64,000 nt of DNA from Coriobacteriia bacterium (GTDB lineage: Bacteria; Actinomycetota; Coriobacteriia; Anaerosomatales; PALSA-660). Both the position numbers and the translations under genes were made by a program. Below the pieces are notes generated by a model. That model saw nothing but the letters and a program-made list of their open reading frames with translations, was not told where the DNA came from and made no database searches. Below are positions 9,501 through 18,190 of this stretch, piece by piece; position 1 is the first letter of the stretch, and each line of letters opens with the position of its first letter. The DNA is taken from contig JANYJF010000008.1 in assembly GCA_025361885.1 (NCBI GenBank), positions 3,800 to 67,799 on the forward strand. The letters are read 5' to 3'.

Positions 9501-9529
9501 TTTGTGTACAAATGTGTGCACACACCCTA
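9501..9529. promoter_or_regulatory. AT-rich palindromic operator-like element with a possible -10 (TAGGGT on the minus strand) upstream of the alpha-oxoamine synthase gene
   Basis: tttGTGTACAaatGTGTGCACACaccctat. GTGTGCACAC (9514-9523) is a perfect 10-bp palindrome and TGTACA is a second palindrome. It is the only AT-rich island in the 160-nt hflX/AOS intergenic region. Confidence 0.3.
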
Positions 9530-9597
9530 TCACAAGTCCTGGAGACGGCGACAAGGGTGACCTCGCCGGGAACGCAGGCGCCGTTGCGTCACACGTT

Positions 9598-10917
9598 CTA
9601 CGAGCCGTCCCGCCCGGTCTCGAACGGCGCGAAGCGCTCGCTGAGACGCGCTGGCACCTGGGCGACGATACGGGTGCCTTCCTCCCAGTGTTCCTCGATC
9701 AGGATCTGGGCATGCTCGTGGGTGTAGCCGACCATGTCCCCGCGGTCGTACGGGAAGAGCAGCTCCATCGTGGAGGAACCGCGTGCGGCCTCCGTGACCA
9801 TGCGTTCACGCAGTTGCTCGATGCCATCGCCGGTGGATGCGGAGACGATCTCCGAGCCGGGCGCATGGGCCATCAGGAGCCGGCGGTCGTCCGCTGACAG
9901 CAGGTCAGCTTTGTTGTAGACGCGGACCTGCGGCTTGGCGGCTGCGTCGAGCTCGCCCAAGACCTCACTCACAGCGGCCATCTGCTCGGCTGCCATCGGG
10001 TGCGAGGCGTCAACGACGTGAAGCAGCAGGTCGGCCTCGCGGACTTCGTCGAGCGTGGACTTGAACGCCTCGACGAGCGTGTGGGGCAGCTTGTTGATGA
10101 ACCCGACGGTGTCGGTGAGGGTGACCTTGCGGCCCTCTGGCAGGTCCACCGTGCGAGTGGTTGCATCGAGCGTCGCGAACAGCTGGTCGGCGACGTAGAC
10201 GTCCGCGCCCGTGAGAGCCCGAAGGAGCGTCGACTTGCCCGCGTTGGTATAGCCGACCAAGGCGATACGGAACACGCCCGAGCGGGCCCGAGACTTGCGC
10301 TGCAGCTGCCTCTCGCTCGCGACATGCTTGAGTTCGCGCCGCAGGTCCGCGATCCGTCTCCGCGTGAGGCGTCGGTCGCTCTCGAGCTGGGACTCGCCAG
10401 CGCCGAAGCGCGTTCCCCTGCCGCCGCCCAGACGCTCGGCCATGAGATGGCCCCACATACCTCGCAGCCTCGGCAGCACGTACTCGAGCTGCGCGAGTCC
10501 AACCTGCAGCTTGCCTTCGCGGCTAGTGGCGTGCAGAGCGAAGATGTCGAGGATCAACGCGGTGCGGTCGAGGATCCTGACCCGGTCCTTCTCGATGGCG
10601 TCCTCGAGGTTGGCCTGCTGGGACGGCGAGAGGTCGTCGTCGAAGACGACGACCGTGGCCTCGGTGGCGCGCGCCAGCTCCGCGATCTCCTCGGCTTTAC
10701 CTGCGCCGATGAAGGTTCGCGGGTGCGGACGGTCGAGCTTCTGCGTCACGGTCCCGACGATCACACCGCCGGCGGTCTCCGCGAGACGCTCGAGCTCGGC
10801 CAGCGAGTCGGCGAGATCCCAGTCACTGCTGCGGTCGCCCCGCTCCACGCCGACCAGGATCACCCGGTCGACGACCTGGTGCACGACCTCTTCGGCCGGG
10901 AAACGCCTCGAGGACAT
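9598..10917 (-). CDS. hflX: GTPase HflX
   Basis: 439 aa. N-terminal HflX domain, then G-domain motifs GYTNAGKST, DTVGF, NKAD. Confidence 0.9.
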   Translation of the reverse strand: MSSRRFPAEEVVHQVVDRVILVGVERGDRSSDWDLADSLAELERLAETAGGVIVGTVTQKLDRPHPRTFIGAGKAEEIAELARATEATVVVFDDDLSPSQQANLEDAIEKDRVRILDRTALILDIFALHATSREGKLQVGLAQLEYVLPRLRGMWGHLMAERLGGGRGTRFGAGESQLESDRRLTRRRIADLRRELKHVASERQLQRKSRARSGVFRIALVGYTNAGKSTLLRALTGADVYVADQLFATLDATTRTVDLPEGRKVTLTDTVGFINKLPHTLVEAFKSTLDEVREADLLLHVVDASHPMAAEQMAAVSEVLGELDAAAKPQVRVYNKADLLSADDRRLLMAHAPGSEIVSASTGDGIEQLRERMVTEAARGSSTMELLFPYDRGDMVGYTHEHAQILIEEHWEEGTRIVAQVPARLSERFAPFETGRDGS

Positions 10918-10926
10918 CGCGGTCCC

Positions 10927-12087
10927 CTACAGCGTGTTCTTGATGCGTTCGATGGCCATCTCGAGGCGGTCGTCGGGCGTGGTGAGCGAGATGCGGACGT
11001 AGCCCTCGCCCGAGGGACCGTAGGCGGAGCCGGCCGCGACGATGACGTTCGCCTCCTCGAGGATCCTGCTCGCGAACGAGGCGGACGTCTCGCCCGCGGG
11101 GACCTTCGCCCACACGTAGATCGTCGCGACGGGCTTGAGGGGTACCTCGATGCCGATCTTTTCGAGGGCTTCGAGCACCAGGTCGCGGCGGCGCTGGTAC
11201 AGCCCGTTGAGCTCAGCGATGGAGTCCTGCGGGCCGGTGAGCGCCTCGATGGCCGCGTCTTGTACCGCCGTGAAGACGCCGGAGTCGATGTTGGACTTCA
11301 CTGTGCCCAGCGCCTTGATCGCGGTGGCGTTGCCGCAGGCGAACGCGACACGCCAGCCGGTCATGTTGTACGCCTTGGAGCAACTGAACAGCTCGATCGC
11401 CACATCCTTGGCGCCGGGGCGCTGCAGGAAGCTCGGAGCCACGTAACCGTCGAAGCCGATCTCGGAGTACGCGTTGTCGTGCACGATCAGCAGGTCGTGC
11501 TCCCGGGCGAACGCGATCGCGCGGTCGAAGTACTCGTCGTTCGCAACAGCCGAAGTGGGGTTGTTGGGGTAGCTCAGGAACATCATCTTCGCTTTGGCGA
11601 GGACCTCGGGGGGTGTGGAATCGAAGTCCGCGAGGAAGCCGTTCTCCTCCGTCATCGGCATCCACCAGGTCTCGCCGCCGACCATGACGCCGCCCGTGTA
11701 GTACACCGGATAGCCGGCGCCTGGGACCAGCGTGTAGTCGCCGGGATCCACGAACGCCGTGAAGAGGTGGGCGATGCCTTCCTTGCTGCCGATGAGCGCG
11801 AGCGTCTCGGTGTTGGAGTCGACATCCACATCGAAGCGGGTCTTCATCCACTGGCTGCACGCTTGGCGGTACCGCGGAGCGCCGACGTAGCTCGGGTACT
11901 GATGGTTCGCGGGATTGCGGATGGCGGTCGCCATGGCGTCGACGATGTGGTCCGGCGTCGGGGTGTCAGGGTCGCCGATGCCCAGCGAGATCACGTCGAT
12001 ACCCTGCGCGCGCTTCAGCTCACGTTTGCGGTCGATCTCGGCGAAGAGGTACGGGGGCAGGTTGGCGATCCTGTTGGCGGTCCTCAT
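10927..12087 (-). CDS. dapL: LL-diaminopimelate aminotransferase (DapL-type class I aminotransferase)
   Basis: The start was reset to MRTANRIANLPPYLFAEIDRK (ATG 12085-12087). Motifs: LGIGDPDTPTP, YPNNPT, SCSKAYNMTGWR. It is adjacent to dapF. Confidence 0.7.
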   Translation of the reverse strand: MRTANRIANLPPYLFAEIDRKRELKRAQGIDVISLGIGDPDTPTPDHIVDAMATAIRNPANHQYPSYVGAPRYRQACSQWMKTRFDVDVDSNTETLALIGSKEGIAHLFTAFVDPGDYTLVPGAGYPVYYTGGVMVGGETWWMPMTEENGFLADFDSTPPEVLAKAKMMFLSYPNNPTSAVANDEYFDRAIAFAREHDLLIVHDNAYSEIGFDGYVAPSFLQRPGAKDVAIELFSCSKAYNMTGWRVAFACGNATAIKALGTVKSNIDSGVFTAVQDAAIEALTGPQDSIAELNGLYQRRRDLVLEALEKIGIEVPLKPVATIYVWAKVPAGETSASFASRILEEANVIVAAGSAYGPSGEGYVRISLTTPDDRLEMAIERIKNTL

Positions 12088-12182
12088 CTTCTCGCTGTCA
12101 TCCCTTTCCTGCGGTCGTTTCGAGTCTTCTTGCGGTGCGCCGCGAGCGCCCCGAGGTTGTCGGTCATGGTAGCAGACGTCGG

Positions 12183-13061
12183 TCACACATCGGCGTCCTC
12201 GTCCTCGTCCCAGATCGTCATCACGCCGGCGAAGACCTCTTCGGCTGGGCCTGTCATGTAGACGTGGCCGTCCGGCGCCCACTCCACGCTCAGCTCGCCG
12301 CCGGGAAGCTCGATCGTCGCGGTGCGTCCCGTGCGGCACGACAGCGCGGCAACGACGGCGGTCGCGCACGCTCCGGTCCCGCATGCGAGCGTCTCACCCA
12401 CGCCGCGCTCCCACACGCGCAGTCGTACGAGGTCCGTCTCGCCCTCGACAAGCTGCGCGAACTCCACATTCGTCTTGGCCGGGAAGTGCGGGTCGCTCTC
12501 GATGATCGGCCCCAGGGTGTCGACTGGCGCGGTGTCCACGTCGTCGACCCAGATGACGGCGTGGGGGTTACCCATCGAGACGGCCGTCACCTTGAACGTG
12601 CCGAGCGACGTCTCCAGCGGGCACTCGAAGACCTGCTGGCCCTCGAACGTGGTCGGGATCGACGGCGGGTCCAGGACGGGCTCGCCCATGTCTACGCGTG
12701 CCAGCGTCATCACGCCGTCGCCGCAGCGCTCGATCTCGACCGACCTGATGCCGCCGAGCGTCTGCACGTTCACGGAGTCACCCGTTACCTGGCCTCGGTC
12801 CACGAGCCACTTCGCGAAGCAGCGGATGCCGTTGCCGCACATCTCCGCGGTCGTGCCGTCGGCGTTGTAGTAGAGCATAGAGAAGTCCGCGCCCTCGATG
12901 GTGGCCGGCCTCACGAGGATCAGGCCGTCGCCACCGATGCCGAAGTGCCTGTCGCACAGCAGGCGGACTGCGTCGGGGTCGAAGTCCCACGAGCGATCCA
13001 GGTCGTCGACCATGACGAAGTCGTTGCCCAGACCGTGCATCTTGGTGAAGCGGAGTTCCAT
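12183..13061 (-). CDS. dapF: diaminopimelate epimerase
   Basis: The start was reset to MELRFTKMHGLGNDFVMVDD. Both catalytic Cys motifs are present (EMCGNG, ACGTGA). Confidence 0.9.
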   Translation of the reverse strand: MELRFTKMHGLGNDFVMVDDLDRSWDFDPDAVRLLCDRHFGIGGDGLILVRPATIEGADFSMLYYNADGTTAEMCGNGIRCFAKWLVDRGQVTGDSVNVQTLGGIRSVEIERCGDGVMTLARVDMGEPVLDPPSIPTTFEGQQVFECPLETSLGTFKVTAVSMGNPHAVIWVDDVDTAPVDTLGPIIESDPHFPAKTNVEFAQLVEGETDLVRLRVWERGVGETLACGTGACATAVVAALSCRTGRTATIELPGGELSVEWAPDGHVYMTGPAEEVFAGVMTIWDEDEDADV

Positions 13062-13098
13062 CGATGCGGCCCCTTTCAGGGTGTGCCGGCGCGACGGG

Positions 13099-14076
13099 TC
13101 ATCGCGGCGGGGCGTCGGTCGATTGTACCAGTGCGAGGGCAGCTTCCCTGGCCTCGCACGGTGACAGGTCGGTGACGTCGAGCCATCGGACGCGCGGGTC
13201 CGCGCGGAACCACGTGAGCTGACGCTTCGCGTAGTTGCGGGTCGCCTGCTTGACGGAAGCGACGGCCTCACCGAGGTCCGCGTCGTCCTCGATGACCGGG
13301 ACGAGCTCCTTGTAGCCGATCGCCTGCGCGGCCGTGAGCGCGGCCCGGTACCCGGCGTCGAGCAGCCGCTCGACTTCCTCGAGTAGACCCGACGCCAACA
13401 TGGCGTCGACGCGCGCGTCTATGCGCTGGTAGAGCGCGGTGCGATCCATCGACACGCCGATCATGGTCGCGTCAAAGACGCTGCGGCGCTCGGCGAACCC
13501 GGCTGCCTGCGTCGCGTAGGAGGCGCCTCGGTCGAGCATCTCGAGTGCGCGCACCACCCTGCGCGTGTTGTTCGGATGGATGAGCGCTGCGGAGTCGGGG
13601 TCGCGCGCGGCCAATCGCGTATGGAGGGCCTGAGGGCCGAGGTCATCGGCTAGCGCCTCGTACCGGTCTCTGCTCGCCGTACCGAGCTCCCCCGCCGGGA
13701 AACTGAAGGAGTCGAGGGCCGCGCGCACGTAGAGTCCCGTTCCTCCGCACAGCATCGGGAGTGCCCCTCGCGCCACGATCTCGGCTATCGCTGCGCGCGC
13801 GTCTCGCTGATACAGCGCGGCCGAGTACTGTTCGCCGGGATCGACAAGGTCGATGCAGTGGTACGGCACCAGACGGTCTTGGAGCGCAGCCTTTGCGGTG
13901 CCTATGTCCATGCGGCGATAGACCTGCATGGAGTCGGCCGAGACGATCTCCCCGCCGAGTCGCAGCGCCAAGGCCTCCGCCAACGCGGTCTTGCCTGCGC
14001 CGGTCGGACCGACGACGGCTATCACTCGCATGAGCGCCCGGTCGTGACTGGTCTGTGCATCAGTGGTACCGGTCAA
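13099..14076 (-). CDS. miaA: tRNA dimethylallyltransferase
   Basis: VVGPTGAGKT P-loop, SADSMQVYRRMDIGTAK. The TTG start at 14076 is preceded by GGAGAGG (7-nt spacer) and overlaps the upstream gene by 17 nt. An alternative ATG lies at 14031. Confidence 0.88.
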   Translation of the reverse strand: MTGTTDAQTSHDRALMRVIAVVGPTGAGKTALAEALALRLGGEIVSADSMQVYRRMDIGTAKAALQDRLVPYHCIDLVDPGEQYSAALYQRDARAAIAEIVARGALPMLCGGTGLYVRAALDSFSFPAGELGTASRDRYEALADDLGPQALHTRLAARDPDSAALIHPNNTRRVVRALEMLDRGASYATQAAGFAERRSVFDATMIGVSMDRTALYQRIDARVDAMLASGLLEEVERLLDAGYRAALTAAQAIGYKELVPVIEDDADLGEAVASVKQATRNYAKRQLTWFRADPRVRWLDVTDLSPCEAREAALALVQSTDAPPR

Positions 14077-15445
14077 CCTTGAACCTCTCCAGCGCGACGG
14101 GCTCTCCAGCGCGGATCCCGGCCTTGTTGCATGCGATCTGGACCTGCTGCTCCGCGGTGTCGACGCCCTCGAGGTCAGGCAGCAGCAATCCGCGGCGATA
14201 GTCGCACGACACGATGCAACCGTAGACCTTCGGGTCCAGGTCCTCCAGGGCCTCGATCCTCTCCGCGGAGCCCAGCACGTCGACGCTGATGTCGAGATCC
14301 GCGAGCTCCTCGGCCGTCATGGGCGGGAAACGCGGGTCGCGCGTGGCCGCCTCCACCGCGTTGTGGGCGATCTCCTCGGCGAGCGTGGGCTGAGTCGGGG
14401 CTATGGTGCCGATGCAGCCGCGAAGGTCGCCGGCCCGGTGGAGCGAGACGAACGCGCCGGCGCGCGACGAGAGCAGTGGGTCGCTCCCGTCGTCCACTTC
14501 AGGCAGGCGCCCGTCGCGGATCCACGTCTCGATGACCCGGCGGGCAAGCGCTACCGGAGCGCTCTCGCGCTCCCCCGGCACGCCGCCCTTCTCCCCCTTC
14601 GCGGGAGTCAGGCCCTCAACGCCTGCGAGCTCCCGAGGCGATGCGGAAACCGCGACCATGTATCCGACGCCCCACGGGCCCTCGTACGAGAGCACCTTCG
14701 TGGTGTGCTCGGTCCCGTCCAGGAAGCCGCCCAGGGTGATGAAGGAGCGGAGGCCGCACTCCCCCGCCTCATCGATGAGGTCGGGATCGATGTCAGCCAG
14801 GCCAGCGAAGTCGTTATGGGACAAGAGGCGGACGACCTGCTTGTCGAACAGATGGGCGCGGGGCGAGTAGCCGGCGTTCGAGCCGGGCAGCAGGCGATGG
14901 GACATGTCGCCACTGGCCACGAACGCCACCCTGCGGCCGATCTCGCGCGCGGCCTCGGCCACAGCGCGGCCGAACTCCGCATGGTCCTGGTAGGTAGCGA
15001 GCGAGAAGGCGAGGTCCAGCAGCGGCCTGCGGCCGTCGGGATCCAGGAAGAGCATGGGCACGATGACTCCATGGTCGAGCTCGTCGGGAGAGAAGCGTCC
15101 CATGATCGAGCGGTCGACCGCCGGGATCGCGTGTCGTGCGGCGGCGGCAAGGACGGCGGCCGCGAGCGCCGGATCACCCGCGACCGTCACACCTGCTCCC
15201 GGAGCACCGAACTGGCCGAGCGTGCCGGACACGCGGGTCGCGGTCGTGACCGTGAACGCATCGCTGAAACCGGGGCTGTGCGGCGACATGACCACGACGC
15301 AGTCCGGGTCGAACTCCGCGAGCAGGCGCGCGGCTTCGCCCAGCGCGACGATGGATGCCGCGGTGACGTGCGCGTCCTGTCCGCCGACGGCCTCGACCAT
15401 GATCGGCGGATGTGGCGCGATGATCCCAAGGACGTCGAAGCTCAT
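14060..15445 (-). CDS. fusion protein: class III extradiol dioxygenase/Memo-like (LigB superfamily) domain + AMMECR1 domain
   Basis: The start was reset to MSFDVLGIIAPHPP. The N-terminal half has LigB-type metal-ligand landmarks (APHPP, SPHSP, DHG, SGDMSH). The C-terminal half is AMMECR1-like (GAFVSLHRAGDLRGCIGT...RDPRFPP...LLPDL). Confidence 0.75.
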   Translation of the reverse strand: MSFDVLGIIAPHPPIMVEAVGGQDAHVTAASIVALGEAARLLAEFDPDCVVVMSPHSPGFSDAFTVTTATRVSGTLGQFGAPGAGVTVAGDPALAAAVLAAAARHAIPAVDRSIMGRFSPDELDHGVIVPMLFLDPDGRRPLLDLAFSLATYQDHAEFGRAVAEAAREIGRRVAFVASGDMSHRLLPGSNAGYSPRAHLFDKQVVRLLSHNDFAGLADIDPDLIDEAGECGLRSFITLGGFLDGTEHTTKVLSYEGPWGVGYMVAVSASPRELAGVEGLTPAKGEKGGVPGERESAPVALARRVIETWIRDGRLPEVDDGSDPLLSSRAGAFVSLHRAGDLRGCIGTIAPTQPTLAEEIAHNAVEAATRDPRFPPMTAEELADLDISVDVLGSAERIEALEDLDPKVYGCIVSCDYRRGLLLPDLEGVDTAEQQVQIACNKAGIRAGEPVALERFKVDRYH

Positions 15446-15533
15446 GTTCCAAGTCCTCCTTCGGCGCTGGTCGCGCTCAGGTGCGCGTCCCGAGTTCGAC
15501 CGGATCCAGACGTCCCGGCCGTCCCCACGGTGA

Positions 15534-16862
15534 CTATCCCCGCAGCGAGCCGAGCAGGAACCACGTCTGCGCCTCTTGGACCTCGACGTCGACGAAGCGG
15601 CCGGCGAGTCCGGACGGCCGCAGTTCGGGAGGACACGGCGCATGGACGACCTTGTTCCCACCGGTGCGGCCCAGCAGCATGCGCGGGTCGCGTTTGGACG
15701 CGCCCTCGACGAGCACCCTTTGCATGGTGTCCACAAGGGGCAGGTTCTTGGCGAGCGCGGAGGACTGGATGGCCGCCACGAGCCGGTCGAACCGCTCCTG
15801 GATCACGTCGTGCGGCACTTGGTCGGCCATGGTAGCGGCGGGCGTCCCTTCACGCGGCGAGTAGATGAACGTGAACGCCTGGTCGTAGCGCGCCGCCTCG
15901 ACGAGTTGCATGGTTCCGGCGAAGTCATCTTCCTGTTCGCCGGGGAACCCGACGATCAGGTCGGTCGTCAGGGCCAGATCCGGCATGGCAGTGTAGAGCC
16001 GGTCGACCAGCGCAAGATACGACCCGGCTGTGTAGTGGCGATTCATGAGCTTGAGGATGCGATCCGAGCCGGATTGGGCCGGCAGGTGCAGATGTCGGCA
16101 CACCTGCGGGGTCTCGGCCATCGCGGCGATCGTTTCGTCCGAGAGGTCCTTCGGATGCGAGGTGGTGAAGCGGATCCGCCCGATGCCGGTCGCGGCCACG
16201 GCGCGCAGCAGCTCGGCGAAGCGCGGCTGGCCGTACAGGTCGCGACCGTAGGAGTTCACGTTCTGCCCGAGCAGCGTCACTTCCACGACGCCGTCGGCGA
16301 CGAGTCTGCCGACCTCGGCCACGACGTCCTCGAAAGTGCGCGAGCGTTCCCGGCCTCGCACGTACGGGACGATGCAGTACGTGCAGAAGTTATCGCAACC
16401 CACGGCGATCGGGACCCACGCATGCCAAGGGTGCTCGCGCAGTGTCGGCAGGTCGGAGGTGAAGTCTCCCTCGCCCGCCTCTAGGACCTCCACGACGGCG
16501 TCACGCTGCTCGGCGGCCGCGGTCAGCAGCTGCGGAAGCCGTGCGATGTTGTGCGTGCCGAACACGACGTCTATGTGCGGGAGCTGGCGCAGGAGCTTGG
16601 CGCCGTCGCGCTGTCCGATGCACCCGCCGACGGCGATGAGGGTGTCGAGACCGGCGGTCTTCGCGGCCTTGAGTGAGGCGACCTGTCCGTAGAGCCGCTC
16701 GTCGGCCTTCTCGCGCACGCAGCACGTGTTGAACACGACGACGTCGGCTGTCTGGTCTTCTCCGGCCTCGGTCAGGCCCATGGACGCGAGGAGCCCCGCG
16801 ATCCGCTCGGAGTCGTGCTTGTTCATCTGGCACCCGAAGGTGCGGATCTCATACGTGTCCAT
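15534..16862 (-). CDS. miaB: tRNA-2-methylthio-N6-dimethylallyladenosine synthase (radical SAM methylthiotransferase)
   Basis: The start was reset to MDTYEIRTFGCQMNKHDSE. Radical-SAM motif CDNFCTYC, followed by a C-terminal TRAM-like region. Confidence 0.88.
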   Translation of the reverse strand: MDTYEIRTFGCQMNKHDSERIAGLLASMGLTEAGEDQTADVVVFNTCCVREKADERLYGQVASLKAAKTAGLDTLIAVGGCIGQRDGAKLLRQLPHIDVVFGTHNIARLPQLLTAAAEQRDAVVEVLEAGEGDFTSDLPTLREHPWHAWVPIAVGCDNFCTYCIVPYVRGRERSRTFEDVVAEVGRLVADGVVEVTLLGQNVNSYGRDLYGQPRFAELLRAVAATGIGRIRFTTSHPKDLSDETIAAMAETPQVCRHLHLPAQSGSDRILKLMNRHYTAGSYLALVDRLYTAMPDLALTTDLIVGFPGEQEDDFAGTMQLVEAARYDQAFTFIYSPREGTPAATMADQVPHDVIQERFDRLVAAIQSSALAKNLPLVDTMQRVLVEGASKRDPRMLLGRTGGNKVVHAPCPPELRPSGLAGRFVDVEVQEAQTWFLLGSLRG

Positions 16863-16891
16863 GGCGGGAGATGGTAGCACGCGGCGGTGCG

Positions 16892-17719
16892 TCAGCAGTC
16901 TTTGCGGCCCGCGAGGATCTCGAGCGCACGCACGACGCCGTCCGGGGCGCAGCTGGCGCCGAGGATGGCGCTCGCAGAACCCGGGCCGTGGAAGTCGGAG
17001 CCTCCGGTCGCGACGAGCCCGCGCTCGGACGCGATCCGCGCGAAGTGCTCGCGCTGCTCCGGCGTGTGCTCGACGTGGTACGCCTCGACGCCACCCAGAC
17101 CGCATGCCACGAGCTCGTCGAGCATGGACTCCGTGCCGCTGATGCCCGGATGTGCGAGGACGGCGACCCCGCCGGCCGCGCGGATCACCTCGATGGCCTG
17201 CCGAGGGGTCGCGAGCGGCTTGGCCACGTAGAACCGGCCGCTGCGTCCTATGAGATCACGGAACGCCTCTCCGACGCTTCCGACCTGACCGGTGTCGACC
17301 AGGGCGCGGGCCAGGTGGCTCCGTCCCACGGCGCCATCAGGGTCCGCAAGAGCGACCACCTGCTCGATCGTCACCTTGTAGCCGGCTGCTCGAAGGGCAG
17401 CGACCATGGACTCTGCTCGTGCGAGCCGGCTGACGCGCAGGCTTGCCAGCATGGCCAACAGCCTGACGTCCGTGTGGTCGATGAAGTAGCCGAGGATATG
17501 GGCGTCCAGGTCTCCGGCCGAGGAGGAGAGCTCGACTCCCGGAATCACCCGCAGGGACGTGCCCGACGCCGCGGTGAGGGCCGGCGCGATCCCTTCGACG
17601 GAATCGTGATCCGTGACGCTGATGGCGCTCAAGTCCGATGCCAGGGCGAGCTCGACGACCTCAGCAGCCGTGAGGTTGCCGTCGGACGCGGCGGTGTGGA
17701 CGTGCAGGTCGACGGTCAC
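16892..17719 (-). CDS. PHP-domain phosphoesterase, TrpH/YciV (RNase AM)-like
   Basis: GTG start (17717-17719) giving VTVDLHVHTAASDG...SVTDHDSVEG...HILGY...AHP...GGSDFHG, the canonical PHP His/Asp landmarks. About 275 aa. Confidence 0.75.
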   Translation of the reverse strand: MTVDLHVHTAASDGNLTAAEVVELALASDLSAISVTDHDSVEGIAPALTAASGTSLRVIPGVELSSSAGDLDAHILGYFIDHTDVRLLAMLASLRVSRLARAESMVAALRAAGYKVTIEQVVALADPDGAVGRSHLARALVDTGQVGSVGEAFRDLIGRSGRFYVAKPLATPRQAIEVIRAAGGVAVLAHPGISGTESMLDELVACGLGGVEAYHVEHTPEQREHFARIASERGLVATGGSDFHGPGSASAILGASCAPDGVVRALEILAGRKDC

Positions 17720-17748
17720 GGAGGCGGCCCTTTTCCGGCAGGCGCAGG

Positions 17749-18036
17749 CTAGCGGTCGCGCATGTCCCGCGGCTCGACCAGGATGCGGATCGCCGTGCGC
17801 TCCTCGCCATTGATCTCGATGTCGGCGAACGCCGGCACGCAGATGAGGTCCATGCCTGAAGGCGCCACGAAGCCCCGCGCGATGGCGATGGCCTTGACGG
17901 CTTGGTTCAGAGCTCCGGCGCCCACGGTCTGCATCTCGGCGGCACCTTGCTCGCGGATGACGCCAGCCAGCGCGCCCGCCACCGAGTTGGGGTTCGAGTG
18001 CGACGAGACCTTGAGTACTTCCACGGGTCCCTCCAT
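17749..18036 (-). CDS. spoVS: SpoVS family protein
   Basis: VLKVSSHSNPNSVAGALAGVIREQGAAEMQTVGAGALNQAVKAIAIARGFVAPSGMDLICVPAF is near-collinear with B. subtilis SpoVS. The start may instead be the GTG at 18024. Confidence 0.9.
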   Translation of the reverse strand: MEGPVEVLKVSSHSNPNSVAGALAGVIREQGAAEMQTVGAGALNQAVKAIAIARGFVAPSGMDLICVPAFADIEINGEERTAIRILVEPRDMRDR

Positions 18037-18123
18037 TGCGGCGACTGCGGGCTTCTTCGCCCGCGTGTGTCAGCTGTGCTGTGGCGGCTGGTTCATGGTG
18101 AGTGTGATGGTCCTTGGGCGACA

Positions 18124-18151
18124 AGTATAGCCGCAGGTGGCATTCGGAGAA
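18124..18151 (-). promoter_or_regulatory. possible spoVS promoter (TTCTCC-16 nt-TATACT)
   Basis: The -10 TATACT is at 18124-18129 and a weak -35 at 18146-18151 (minus strand). A 6-bp GC hairpin lies in the leader at 18047-18064. Confidence 0.3.
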
Positions 18152-18190
18152 CAGGGCGCTTCTCGCCCGCCATCGGTCATGTCGGCGCTA

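Noticed and set aside
10000-12261. 753-aa plus-strand ORF antisense to hflX and dapL. Similar giants occur at 14063-15835, 28579-30606, 35847-37586, 46992-48791 and 50005-51555.
   Set aside because: These are typical high-GC antisense artefacts. The translations are R/G/D/H/E-rich low-complexity strings with no recognisable motifs. Each fully overlaps a minus-strand gene that has unmistakable conserved motifs.
15534-16862. MiaB (or RimO at 25568-26875) as the missing radical-SAM partner of the AMMECR1/Memo-like fusion.
   Set aside because: Both have the full methylthiotransferase architecture: a UPF0004 N-domain with its own Cys triad, the radical-SAM CxxxCxxC, and a TRAM domain. Both also sit in conserved housekeeping contexts. 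The AmmeMemoRadiSam partner is a different, smaller activase-type radical-SAM family.
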